DNA from: Candidatus Binatia bacterium
GTDB lineage: Bacteria > Verrucomicrobiota > Verrucomicrobiia > Limisphaerales > UBA8199
Direction of reading: 5' to 3'
Assembly (NCBI GenBank): GCA_035566895.1
Contig: DATMQA010000088.1
Coordinates: 1 to 64,000 of the forward strand
Length of the DNA: 64,000 bases
Shown here: one piece after another, positions 46,596 through 55,995 of the stretch
Numbering within the stretch: the stretch's first letter is position 1
Layout: each line of letters starts with the position of its first letter
Made by a program: the position numbers and the translations under genes
The notes under the pieces: generated by a model
What the model was told of the DNA's origin: nothing
Seen by the model: only the letters and a program-made list of their open reading frames with translations
Databases searched by the model: none

Positions 46596-47015
46596 TCAGA
46601 TGTAATACATCTTTTCCTTGGCCGAGCTTTCGTCCAACAGCTTCTGAAAGGTGATCTCGTCCGCGGCGGCTTCGACTGCTTGTTGCAAACGTTTCCAAGC
46701 CCGGTGCAATTCGGGTGGGCAATCCGAATCGCTAAGCGCCGGGGTGTCGAACACCGTTCCATCCACCGCGCGGAGTACGTCACCCAGCGAGATTTCTGCC
46801 GGCGGCCGGGCCAGGAGATAGCCTCCCTCCTTCCCGCGCACGCTGCGAGCGATACCTTGCGACTTCAATTCGATGAGAATCTGCACCAGATAATTGGCCG
46901 GCACCCCTTGCTCCTCGGCCAGGTCCTCGACCCGAAGGGCGACACCGTTTGGATGATGCCGCGCCAGGCCAAGCACCGCGCGCGCGGCATAATCGCTTTT
47001 AACGGAAAGCTTCAC
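46596..47015 (-). CDS. Rrf2 family transcriptional regulator
   Basis: 'MKLSVKSDYAARAVLGLARH...', wHTH, and a C-terminal Cys (possible Fe-S ligand region). Confidence 0.85.
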   Translation of the reverse strand: MKLSVKSDYAARAVLGLARHHPNGVALRVEDLAEEQGVPANYLVQILIELKSQGIARSVRGKEGGYLLARPPAEISLGDVLRAVDGTVFDTPALSDSDCPPELHRAWKRLQQAVEAAADEITFQKLLDESSAKEKMYYI

Positions 47016-47278
47016 TTTCTCAAACTAGCGGAAACGACAAGGCGGTGCAATGACCAGAATCGACACGATGGAATACCGTGTTAAAATTGCTCTAATCAAT
47101 ACTTAAAGATGCCAGAAAATTTGAGCCTCCTTGCGTCGGCTGCTACGATGGGAATGATTCCTTGCGCGCTCTTAGACCTGGGGCGTGCATGAGAACCGCG
47201 TGGATGATGCGTGAAACCACTCGAATAATTTCACGCATCACGCATCACTCATCACCACCCCATCACGCATCAGTACCG

Positions 47279-48430
47279 TCACTTGAGCCGCTCTTCCATC
47301 CACGCCAGCGTCTTGGCCCACATCTCGGGCGTATAAACGTGACCCAAACCAGGGTAAATGATGCTCTGAAAATCACTCTCCTTCCCATAGATCCCATAGA
47401 CCGGGCGCACTGCTGTTTCAATCGCGTGAATCCCATCCTCCGGCGAACCGTTGTCCTGGTCGCCAGTTTGGAACAACACCGGGCGGGGTGCCGCCAAGGC
47501 GACGACGGCTTCGGTATCGAAATGATTCAACAGGCCCGGTACGAAATAGTAGATGCCATGCGCCTTGAGCTCCTCGTGCTGAATCAGGTTCTGGTAGCGT
47601 GTCACGCAGGCAATAGCGACACCGGTCTTGAGCCGGTCGTCCAGCGCCATCAGCCACCAGGTGCGCGTCGCCCCCATGCTGATGCCGGTAACCCCGAGAC
47701 GGGTTGCATCCACTTCCGGGCGGGATGCCAGGTAATCCAGCCCCATCAAATCATCCCGCAAAATCATCCCCCACAGCGTGCGGCCGACCCACAAGTTAAA
47801 CTTGCTGGCGGTCAGCTCGCCGTTGCTCCCTTTCTCTTCCGGACCGCCGGGGCCTCGACCATTGCGCTCGCCGAAGCAATAGGCATCAATCCCCAACACC
47901 ACAAATCCGCGTTTGGCTAATGCGGGCCCGGGAGGTTCTGGCGTATGCCGTGCCTGGAACAATTCCTCTTTGCCAATCTCATACTCGCCGCCATGCCAGT
48001 GGCAATACAGGATCGCCGGCGCTTTTCCGGAAAGGTTTTCGGGCAACAGGAGATAGCCCGCCACCGTCGCACCCGCGCCGTTATCGAATTGGAATTTCTC
48101 GACCTTGCAGCCGTCCCGAGTTTCCCGGGAAAGGATCGCGATCTCAGGTAATTTGGGTCGCGGTGGAAGTTTGCCGAGCAACTGCCAAAGCTGCGCCCGC
48201 ACTTCTTTTCGCTGGCGTTCCCAGGCGCTTTTGGAACCGGGCGCCTTAAAATCTGGCGCCAGCGCGGAACTTGCGAGCCACCGGGCGGCGTCGCTTTGAT
48301 TGGTCTGAGCCATCGCGGCACTCAAAGTCAGGTTAACTGCCGCCCAGAGGGCTGCGAGGCTAAAGCGGAAGGTGCAAGGTCGAAGATGCAAGATGGTCCG
48401 AACGGATGTGTTCCATCTCCCATCTTCCAT
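47279..48430 (-). CDS. Secreted alpha/beta-hydrolase (acetyl-xylan-esterase / dienelactone-hydrolase-like)
   Basis: Start at ATG 48430 with signal-like segment. 'GISMGA' nucleophile elbow. 'LYCHWHGG' motif. Confidence 0.8.
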   Translation of the reverse strand: MEDGRWNTSVRTILHLRPCTFRFSLAALWAAVNLTLSAAMAQTNQSDAARWLASSALAPDFKAPGSKSAWERQRKEVRAQLWQLLGKLPPRPKLPEIAILSRETRDGCKVEKFQFDNGAGATVAGYLLLPENLSGKAPAILYCHWHGGEYEIGKEELFQARHTPEPPGPALAKRGFVVLGIDAYCFGERNGRGPGGPEEKGSNGELTASKFNLWVGRTLWGMILRDDLMGLDYLASRPEVDATRLGVTGISMGATRTWWLMALDDRLKTGVAIACVTRYQNLIQHEELKAHGIYYFVPGLLNHFDTEAVVALAAPRPVLFQTGDQDNGSPEDGIHAIETAVRPVYGIYGKESDFQSIIYPGLGHVYTPEMWAKTLAWMEERLK

Positions 48431-48440
48431 CTTCTTTCTC

Positions 48441-49022
48441 CTACTTGACGCCGCCTTTCTGGATTTCAGCAGAGATGGCCTTGACATCGTCCGCAATGGC
48501 GACTGCCTTAAGGCGGTTCAATCCGTTCTCCTGAAAGATCGCCTGCACATCCGCAAAGATGCCATCGAGTTTCGCCTGCGGATACTTGCCCGGATTAAGC
48601 ACCGCATCGAGTTCCTGCACCAAACGCGCGCGGCTTGTCGCCGGCAACGGCTTTTCAGCGAATGCAGCGCTGAGGTCGTCGGCCAGCTTGGCGGCGGCAG
48701 CCGGGGAAGGCTTCGCCCCCTGCGCGGCGGCGAGCAATTCATTCGCAAGCTGCTGCTTCTGCGCTTCGGTTGCCGGCGAACCAGTTCCAATAACGGCCAG
48801 GTCGGTCTGGAATTTCGTAAGCGCGGGCGAGAGCCTTGGCGGTGGTGGAGTCGTGGCTCCCGGAGTGGGAGTGCCGGGTTGCGTCGGCGGAGCCACACCC
48901 TGCCGCACGTTGTTTTGGTTGCTCAATTCCTTGGCCCGCTGCTTGATGATGGCGTCCTGGCCGGCAACCGGGCCGGCCGCCACCAGTACGACGGCGCCGA
49001 TGAATCCAAACGTTGCGTTCAT
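48441..49022 (-). CDS. Secreted hypothetical protein (Pro/Ala-rich linker; helical)
   Basis: Start at ATG 49022 (MNATFGFIGAVVLVAAGPVAG). Lies downstream of the Mla-like operon on the same strand. Confidence 0.6.
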   Translation of the reverse strand: MNATFGFIGAVVLVAAGPVAGQDAIIKQRAKELSNQNNVRQGVAPPTQPGTPTPGATTPPPPRLSPALTKFQTDLAVIGTGSPATEAQKQQLANELLAAAQGAKPSPAAAAKLADDLSAAFAEKPLPATSRARLVQELDAVLNPGKYPQAKLDGIFADVQAIFQENGLNRLKAVAIADDVKAISAEIQKGGVK

Positions 49023-49097
49023 AGGAGGGTGAATATTGTAGATTTGCTCTAAAAACAGACTGCACCGCGCGGTTTGCAATGTCAATGGCGCGCCTTG

Positions 49098-50375
49098 TTA
49101 CTCGCGCTTCTCCTTCGGCGAACGGAGCCGCTCCGATGGGGCCGCCGGCGGCGCGTTGGTTTTTTTGGTTTTAAACGCGGAGCGAAGCAGCCAGTGGTGT
49201 TTGAGCCCCTGCACGAATGTGTCGGCGTCAATGATAGTTTTGGAAATAGCGCTCAGGAGATTGGTGTTGGTTTCGACCTGTTGGTTCAGATTGCTGGTGA
49301 TGCCGGCTAGATTGTCGAGCGACCGGCTCAGATTCTCGACCAGCGCCGTGAGGTTGGTATTCGCATTTGTCAAAGTGATGCTGGCGTTGCCGAGGGTGGT
49401 CTCGAGTTGGCGGTTGAGGTTGGTGGGCAGCAGCCATTCGCCCAACGCGCCAGGATGGTCCAATTGGGCGGTAGCGGCCGCAAGGTTACTGACCGCGGGT
49501 CGAGCGTTGACCGCGACCACGTTGAGATTTGAGGTCAGCATGGTGCTGTTGGAAAGCAGGGTGGTCAATTGGTTGGTCAGATTGAGAATATTGGGCAGCG
49601 CGGCTTCCACCTGTCCGACTACCTTTTCCAGGCGTTCGGTCACCGCAGCGGATTCCTCGACCGGCAGCCAATAGGGTTTGGTGCTCTTTGTGTAGGGGTC
49701 GTAACGGGCTCGCTTCCGATGCCAAATGCCGGTGATTGAACTTCCGGTGACCCGGCTATCCAGGACGGAGATGTTGGAATAACCGGCAGCGGCGATCACG
49801 TCGAGATTTGTCAGGGGCGTCAGCGCTTTGACTACCAGGTTGGTTCGTGTCCGATCAAAAACATCCTGCGCGAGTTCCCATTTGGGCAGGTCGGCCAACA
49901 GCTTCGCCTCAGCGAGCGGGACGTTCGTCCGCAAGGGAAAAAAGACGTAGGCCGGGTAGCCGCCGGTGCCCTTCGTTACCTCCACGACCCGTTTGCCGAG
50001 GAAGTCCGCCGTTGCGACTTTCGCATGCGAGCCGTCGGTCCACATGTACTCGTAATTGGGCCATTTCAGTTCGAACTGGACGTAAACATTGTAGATGAAT
50101 TGTTCGGCCGGCATCGGTTTAATGTCCGTAATTCGGCCCGCTTCAAAACCCATCAGCATGACCGGATCGCCTACTTTGAGGCCAGTTGCCCGGTCGGTAA
50201 AAGTGAAATACGGGGCCTTGGTCAGGAACCATCCCTTGCGCTCTGCGGTGGTATAGACGTAGTAAAAAAAGCCGAACCCCAGCAGCCCCATGGCGACAAT
50301 AACGAACCAGCCGACGGCTCGTTCCATCCGGCTGAGGCGGGTGCGCAATTGCGGAGTTAAATCTTGCAGTGCCAT
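49098..50375 (-). CDS. MCE/MlaD-family substrate-binding protein with long C-terminal Asn/Leu-rich helical extension
   Basis: N-terminal TM helix. MCE domain (KGWFLTKAPYFTFTDRATGLKVGDPVMLMGFEAGRITDI). Confidence 0.8.
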   Translation of the reverse strand: MALQDLTPQLRTRLSRMERAVGWFVIVAMGLLGFGFFYYVYTTAERKGWFLTKAPYFTFTDRATGLKVGDPVMLMGFEAGRITDIKPMPAEQFIYNVYVQFELKWPNYEYMWTDGSHAKVATADFLGKRVVEVTKGTGGYPAYVFFPLRTNVPLAEAKLLADLPKWELAQDVFDRTRTNLVVKALTPLTNLDVIAAAGYSNISVLDSRVTGSSITGIWHRKRARYDPYTKSTKPYWLPVEESAAVTERLEKVVGQVEAALPNILNLTNQLTTLLSNSTMLTSNLNVVAVNARPAVSNLAAATAQLDHPGALGEWLLPTNLNRQLETTLGNASITLTNANTNLTALVENLSRSLDNLAGITSNLNQQVETNTNLLSAISKTIIDADTFVQGLKHHWLLRSAFKTKKTNAPPAAPSERLRSPKEKRE

Positions 50376-51169
50376 TATTCCATTTTTGTTTGCTCGACGG
50401 TCAACAACTCCTGGACCAATTCACCGCTGGCCGCCTCGAGTTGTTCCCAGTTGCCCAGCAGCGTCCAACGACGATCTTTTAACACCGCGAATTGATGCGC
50501 GCGGCCTTTCCAGGGCCGCAAATCGGCTGTCGTCAGCACCAGCGTGACCGGCCGCCCGCCCATCAAGCCGTGCCCCTTGGACAATTGTCCCAGGAACCCC
50601 AGCCACCATTGCATGTGCCGCAGGTCCAGCCCGCCTAGCGGATTATCCACCAGCAGCACCTCCGGCTTGAGCATCAGCGCGCGAGCCATGCCTACCCGCT
50701 TTTGCCAGTTTCGCCCCAGAGCGCCCGGGGTGCTGTCGGCCCAGGGCATCAGGTCCATCGCCTCGAGGACGGCCCGCACCTCAGGCTCAGCTTGGGCTTG
50801 CGTCAGGTTCCGGTGATAGCGCAACGGCAACGCAACATTCTCGCGAACCGTCAAATGATTAAACAACTGGCCTCCGTCGAATACCAGTCCCAACCGCAAG
50901 CGCACTTGCAGGCGCGCATCATCGAAAATCGGCATCTCCTCGCCAAAAAGCCGGTAGCGTCCACGCAGCGGCGGAATGACCCCGCCGGTCATCATCAGGA
51001 AGTCGCTCTTACCCGAGCCTTGCAATCCTCCGATCACCCAATAGGCCCCGGCCTGGACGGTCCAGTTGATGTCCTCCGCTACCACTGTCTCAGGATCCTG
51101 CATCGAGCTGACCGCCACCCGTTCCATTCTGATGACCGTGACCTCCGGTTTGGCGGCGGGCTGTTCCAT
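50375..51169 (-). CDS. ABC transporter ATP-binding protein (MlaF-like)
   Basis: Walker A 'GGLQGSGKS'. Signature/Walker B region (LLVDNPLGGLD). Confidence 0.85.
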   Translation of the reverse strand: MEQPAAKPEVTVIRMERVAVSSMQDPETVVAEDINWTVQAGAYWVIGGLQGSGKSDFLMMTGGVIPPLRGRYRLFGEEMPIFDDARLQVRLRLGLVFDGGQLFNHLTVRENVALPLRYHRNLTQAQAEPEVRAVLEAMDLMPWADSTPGALGRNWQKRVGMARALMLKPEVLLVDNPLGGLDLRHMQWWLGFLGQLSKGHGLMGGRPVTLVLTTADLRPWKGRAHQFAVLKDRRWTLLGNWEQLEAASGELVQELLTVEQTKME

Positions 51170-51172
51170 TCC

Positions 51173-52030
51173 CTAGGCCAGGTAGAGGATAATGAAGATC
51201 GCGTCGATCAAAACGCAAACGATGATGCTTTGTGCCACCGCGCGCACCGTCGCATAGGACACCTCCTCCAGGCGCAAGGGCTGTGCCAGCCCGTGATAGC
51301 ACGTCACAATGGCGACGATGAACCCGAACAAAAGGGTCTTGAGCGCCAGCAACGCAAAATCCAACCCGCTCAATGCCCCGGTGAGCTGATGGAAATAATC
51401 GGATGGCCGGAGCGGTACATCCTGCAGAAAGGCCCATAAGTAACCGCTAAAAACCGCTCCGAGGACCAAATACACCGTCAACGAGAAAACCCCGAGCGTC
51501 AGGCCCAGCACCCGTGGCATCACCATGTAATGAACCGGGTCGATGCCCAGCGCTTCCAGCGCCTCGACTTCCCCCATCGCCCGGGCTGTGCCTAATTCGA
51601 TCACGTTGGCGGTGCCGATGCGGGCCAGCACGAGCAACACCGCTAGCAGCGGACCTAGCTCGCGCACCACCACAATCACCATGATCGTCCCAAGATAATT
51701 AATCGCTCCTACGCGCGTCAGCCAGGAGACCGTCTGCCCGATGACCAGCAGGCCCAGCGCGGCCGCAATGAACAAAAACATCGGCAGCAACCGCAGCCCG
51801 GCGCGAGCAATCTCGTGATAAATCAACGGCCACACGACGTGCCGGGCCTCGCGAAATTTTCTCAGTATGACTCCCAGCGTAATCAGGGCAAACGCTCCCA
51901 ACCCGTGCAGCGTCAGCAGGAATCGAAAAAACTTCCGCGCCAGGTAATGCGCCAGAGATTGGGGCAGAGGCATGCGCAACAGCAAGCGAACTCGAGGTGA
52001 ATCCAAAGTGCTCGCATGGCCTTTTTGCAC
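51173..52030 (-). CDS. ABC transporter permease (MlaE-like)
   Basis: MlaE family pattern with five TM helices. Immediately upstream of the ATPase gene. Confidence 0.85.
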   Translation of the reverse strand: MQKGHASTLDSPRVRLLLRMPLPQSLAHYLARKFFRFLLTLHGLGAFALITLGVILRKFREARHVVWPLIYHEIARAGLRLLPMFLFIAAALGLLVIGQTVSWLTRVGAINYLGTIMVIVVVRELGPLLAVLLVLARIGTANVIELGTARAMGEVEALEALGIDPVHYMVMPRVLGLTLGVFSLTVYLVLGAVFSGYLWAFLQDVPLRPSDYFHQLTGALSGLDFALLALKTLLFGFIVAIVTCYHGLAQPLRLEEVSYATVRAVAQSIIVCVLIDAIFIILYLA

Positions 52031-52160
52031 TCGGGCAACATAATTTCCCTGGCATCACGGGTCAAGCTCACTGAGGCCCCATATCGGTTGCTGAAGTTAT
52101 GTCAATTTGCTTTTCCCGGTGCCAGGGCTCGCTGTAAAGTGGGCGTGCACGGAATTTGTG

Positions 52161-52694
52161 ATGAACAACGTTGTCTATTTCGACTTGGAAACCAAGAAGT
52201 CCGCCAAGGAAGTCGGCGGTTGGGACAAGATTAGTCGGATGGGCATGAGCGTAGGAGTCACCTACAGCACCGCCCGGGCCGGGTACCGAATTTACGGCGA
52301 GCCGGACGTGAATGAATTGCTCACGGAATTGCAGCGGGCGGATTTGGTCGTGGGCTTCAACAATCTGCGGTTCGATTATGAGGTGCTACACGGCTACACC
52401 GCTTATGACCTGCGCCAGTTGCCCACCCTGGACATGCTGATTGAGTTGCAAAACAAACTGCAACACCGGCTTTCACTTGATTCGATTGCCACCGCAACTT
52501 TCGGTGTCGAAAAGACCGCCGAGGGGATGCAGGCCATCCAGTGGTTCAAGGAAGGCCGCTTGCTCGAGATTGCCGAATACTGCTGCTACGATGTAAAAAT
52601 CACCCGCCTGGTTCACGAATACGGCGCACAGAACCGCCAACTGCATTACCACAATCGGTTCGGGAAAAAACTTAGCGTGCCCGTGAGCTGGTAA
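52161..52694 (+). CDS. RNase H-like fold 3'-5' exonuclease domain protein (YprB-like)
   Basis: Start at ATG 52161. 'VVYFDLETKK' (Exo I), 'VVGFNNLRFDYEVL' (Exo II), 'YCCYDVKITRLV' (Exo III). Confidence 0.75.
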   Translation: MNNVVYFDLETKKSAKEVGGWDKISRMGMSVGVTYSTARAGYRIYGEPDVNELLTELQRADLVVGFNNLRFDYEVLHGYTAYDLRQLPTLDMLIELQNKLQHRLSLDSIATATFGVEKTAEGMQAIQWFKEGRLLEIAEYCCYDVKITRLVHEYGAQNRQLHYHNRFGKKLSVPVSW

Positions 52695-52711
52695 GTTCAG
52701 GGAGGGCTTCG

Positions 52712-54184
52712 CTAGGAACCTCGTTTCGCGCCGGGGTCCATTTTCACGGCCTCCGGAGACGCGCCTCCTTTGAACGACAAGGCCACGGCGGCTTTGGTTA
52801 GATCCCCGCCGTCAATTTTGATGCCCCCGCTGCCGGCTCCTTCCACTTGCAGGAAGACCGCCGCCCCCGCAAGCACTCGCGCGCCGGTCAACAGCACGTC
52901 GCGCGCGTCGATGAAACGCAGCAGCGACTCGGCCTCCGGATGTCCTTGCGCGCTCAACCCGTTGATGGCGGCATCACTGACGTGGTCCAACACTACCGCG
53001 GGCCGCAAATCCGGATTGGCCATCTCGAAGCGCACGTTCTGCAGCGTTAGGCCGTGCACGTTGCGCGCGAACAGGGCGTAAGCGGGCGGCACGCCGATGG
53101 CGTAATACTCCCCGGCAATTTTCGGCACGTCCCTCACGGCGCCCTGCTCGGTTGTGCCGCCGCCGGGGAAGGTGACATGTGACATTGTTCATCACCAGAT
53201 CCGAGAAGGAAATGTTCTCGAACCGTGAGCGGGACCGCACCGCATTTTGATCGGGCAACCATAGGTTCCATAGATGAGGCAATTCGAGACGGTAATGTTC
53301 TCGGCCTCGCCCCCGCCGAAACGGAAGACCGACCAGCGCGTCGTGAACGAGCAATTGGTTACCGTGACAAACTTGCAACTGCCGAACAGCGCGCACGCGT
53401 CGTCCTGGCACTCCACATCGCAATTGCTGACATGGACGTATTGGCTGCTGATGAAATGAAACCCGTCGTTGTTGTGGTTGACCCGGTTGTGAATGTGGAT
53501 GCCTTCCAGCTTCACATATTTGCTTTGGATAATCCGGACCGAGTGAAACGCGCTCTCCGTCAGAAAAATGTCACGCACGGTGAGGTTCTGGCATTGATGG
53601 AACAGCAGGTGATACGGACGGTGGCTGCCCCCGATGCCGGCGGGAGGTGGCGCACCGCGGGCAGGGCTGCGAAATTGCGCGCCCTGGCCGTCAATTGTTC
53701 CAGGCCCCTCGATGACGACATTCTGGAGGCCGACACCGAAGATCAAACCGACGTTCAAACCGACGTTCCCGTCCTCCAGCGTCGAGTCTCCGTGAAGCGG
53801 GATGGCCTCGGCCGCATGGTACTGGTTCCCATCAGCGCTGCCCAACAGCTTGCCCTGCGCCGCAAGGTGCAGTTTGATATTGCTCTTCATCTCGATCGTG
53901 CCGATGACAAACACGCCGGCGGGCACAAGAACCGTCCCGCCCTGGTCCTGGTGGCAGGCATCAATCGCGGCCTGAACGGCGGCTGTGTCCAGCGAGCAAA
54001 TCTGGAACAGGACGTGCGAGAGGCTTATCGTCTGGGGGCCAATTCCTACTTCACCAAGCCCAGTGCCTTGAACGACCTGATGGACATGCTCCGCGTTACG
54101 TATGAATACTGGTCGCGGTGCGAGTGTCCTCCCGTGCCATGCTGTTGAGCTGCCGAAAAAACCTTCGGCGTCGTCCGGGATCAC
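52712..54184 (-). pseudogene. Glycoside hydrolase family 28 (polygalacturonase-like), frameshifted near 53186-53192 and lacking a signal peptide
   Basis: N-part ORF 53192..54184 has GH28 motifs 'QDQGGTVLVPAGVF', 'NNDGFHFISS', 'CQDDACALFGS'. The C-terminal continuation is in another frame (52712..53185). The first ~65 codons are antisense to a receiver-gene fragment. Confidence 0.65.
53990..54148 (+). pseudogene. C-terminal fragment of a response-regulator receiver gene ('...EQDVREAYRLGANSYFTKPSALNDLMDMLRVTYEYWSRCECPPVPCC*')
   Basis: Matches the C-terminus of the intact receiver at 60483..61022 (ISRAYKLGANSYVTKPSSF...FW). No receiver N-terminus upstream. Confidence 0.5.
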
Positions 54185-54486
54185 TTTTCATTCGCCGATA
54201 GGATCAACACGATATATGCCGTGCGTGTCAGCATTTATCCTGCGGCGGTTGCTCCTTGGCGACAAGACAAATCCTTTTCAACCCTCGCCTCGCCCTCGCA
54301 TAACACAGACCCAGCGCATGATCTAGGTGGAAAAACTCACCGGCAAGCTTTCGGCTGCGGAAATGGCACGCAATGACTCCCAAGGCCGGGAGCAGCGGGC
54401 GGAGTTAACAGTGCAATAGTGAAAAAAGAAGCCATAGGCAGCACCGTTGCCTACGGCCTGGGGTTGTGCGTTCCAGCCGGTTGATA

Positions 54487-55032
54487 CTACTTGCCGCAGC
54501 CGGTGGGGTGGATTTGGAGATTGCCACTGCTGATGGCCACCGGGTCAATATCGCTCGGATTGGCCGGGTCGGTGCTGATGAGCTGCAGCGTTGCGCCGGT
54601 GGTGCAGTCAACGACATTGAGGTAAAGGCGATCTTTGCCAGCACCGGGCTCGCCGTGGTCCTCCGCATGGCCGATAAAGCAGACGGGCCGGGGGGCCGAG
54701 GGGTTGCCGTCGCTGCCGGAGAGTGTTCCGGTGCCGTCGAAATCGATGGTATTAACCTTGACCCTGGGGGCTTTGTCGGGCGAGCCGCTGCACCCGATGA
54801 CAGTGATCTGCTGGCCTTTGAAATGCAGGTGATGCACGTGGTCAACCGCGTGCCAGTTACCACCCCCTGCGGCGGTGGGACTGCAGCCCGGATTGACCAC
54901 GCCCCCGAAGCTGAAGTCTGGCATGCCTTTGGTCTTGCCAATGGTTCCGCCCCCTGTGAGCCAGCACCCCCCTTGAGCGGGAGGCGATGTGCAGAAGGCA
55001 CCACTCAGGGTGAATGCGCCGAAAACGGGCAT
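54487..55032 (-). CDS. Secreted hypothetical protein (Cys/His-containing; signal peptide MPVFGAFTLSGAFCTSPPAQG)
   Basis: Very strong C-ending GC3 bias; preferred over the overlapping + strand ORF 54466..55095. Confidence 0.7.
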   Translation of the reverse strand: MPVFGAFTLSGAFCTSPPAQGGCWLTGGGTIGKTKGMPDFSFGGVVNPGCSPTAAGGGNWHAVDHVHHLHFKGQQITVIGCSGSPDKAPRVKVNTIDFDGTGTLSGSDGNPSAPRPVCFIGHAEDHGEPGAGKDRLYLNVVDCTTGATLQLISTDPANPSDIDPVAISSGNLQIHPTGCGK

Positions 55033-55102
55033 TCTCCTTGGCAGGGGGGTTTACCCCATACCGAAAATCCGCTCTCTGCCCCATGGTTAAGATAGTCGCC
55101 GT

Positions 55103-55175
55103 ATGCCCGATCAGGCACTGTTACTGGTCGTCGAGGACTCTGAGAACGATGCGCTTTTGCTTCGCCGCGCCTGCC
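55103..55175 (+). pseudogene. N-terminal fragment of a response-regulator receiver gene ('MPDQALLLVVEDSENDALLLRRA', then no receiver homology)
   Basis: Matches beta1-alpha1 of the receiver 60483..61022 (QALLLLVEDSEDDVALLRCA). The ORF continues as low-complexity sequence. Confidence 0.45.
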
Positions 55176-55554
55176 TCAGGGCCAGAGCCGCTGGTCGATT
55201 CGATGCCCGGTTCGCTCGATTCTGCGTCGAAAAGTCGCTTAGAGCGTGTCTTAAAATTGGGGCCGCGTTGTTCTGCCCGGAAAACCGCTCAACTTTCCGC
55301 CTCCTCACGTCGGCGGCTACAATTTCCAAACACGCTCTTAAACACGCTTTGCGCTTCAAAAAACACGCTCTCTCGCTCTCGTGACGTTCGTGCGCGTGAG
55401 ACTTGATAGCTTTATGATAGACTTTCGCGCATCTTTTCAGAACAGAACAAGAGCGACTAACAGAGCATAACGGCGCACTACGCAAAAAGATCGCAATGCG
55501 AGCATAGCTCAGTAAATACGAGTGAAAAACGCTCTTCTCTCAGCAGTTTTGGAG

Positions 55555-55640
55555 TGGTGGTAGGTGATGGATTCGAACCATCGAAGGCGTGAGCCAGCAG
55601 ATTTACAGTCTGCCCCCGTTGGCCACTTGGGTAACCTACC
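55555..55640 (-). tRNA. tRNA-Tyr (anticodon GTA), type II long variable arm
   Basis: Reverse complement GGTAGGTTACCCAAGTGGCCAACGGGGGCAGACTGTAAATCTGCTGGCTCACGCCTTCGATGGTTCGAATCCATCACCTACCACCA. Anticodon loop CTGTAAA. T-loop TTCGAAT. Confidence 0.9.
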
Positions 55641-55995
55641 GCCGGGTAGTGGATAGTTGCCAGTGGATAGTGAGCAGCCGGAGTTCTCCAGCCTGACGCG
55701 ACCATCAAAGACAACCAGCGCGAGCGGTGAATTTAGCCGAAGCGGTGGGCTTGTCAATGCGGGGGTATCACACTAAACTAGCGGTCAGTCGTGGACGAGG
55801 CGCATGGCGGCTCTCATTGGCACCCCACTTTAGTGGGGTGTCAGAGCCGGGCTGGCCAAGGGAACCGTTTCAACGGTTTCTCGCGGCGCCGCTAAACCGT
55901 TGAAACGGTTTCGCTGACCTCCGCCGATGCGATACACCCCGCTGAAGCGGGGTGTTAATGAGAGTGGGACGGTGAGTCCAGGCCAGGTCTTTTTT

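Noticed and set aside
53225-54148. 307-aa + strand ORF covering the GH28 region
   Set aside because: Antisense to strong GH28 motifs for most of its length. Only its last ~45 codons (about 53990-54148) reflect a real, remnant, receiver sequence.
54466-55095. + strand 209-aa ORF overlapping 54487..55032
   Set aside because: The minus-strand frame has a signal peptide and extreme C-ending third-position bias. The + strand frame is Ala/Gly/Arg-rich antisense type.
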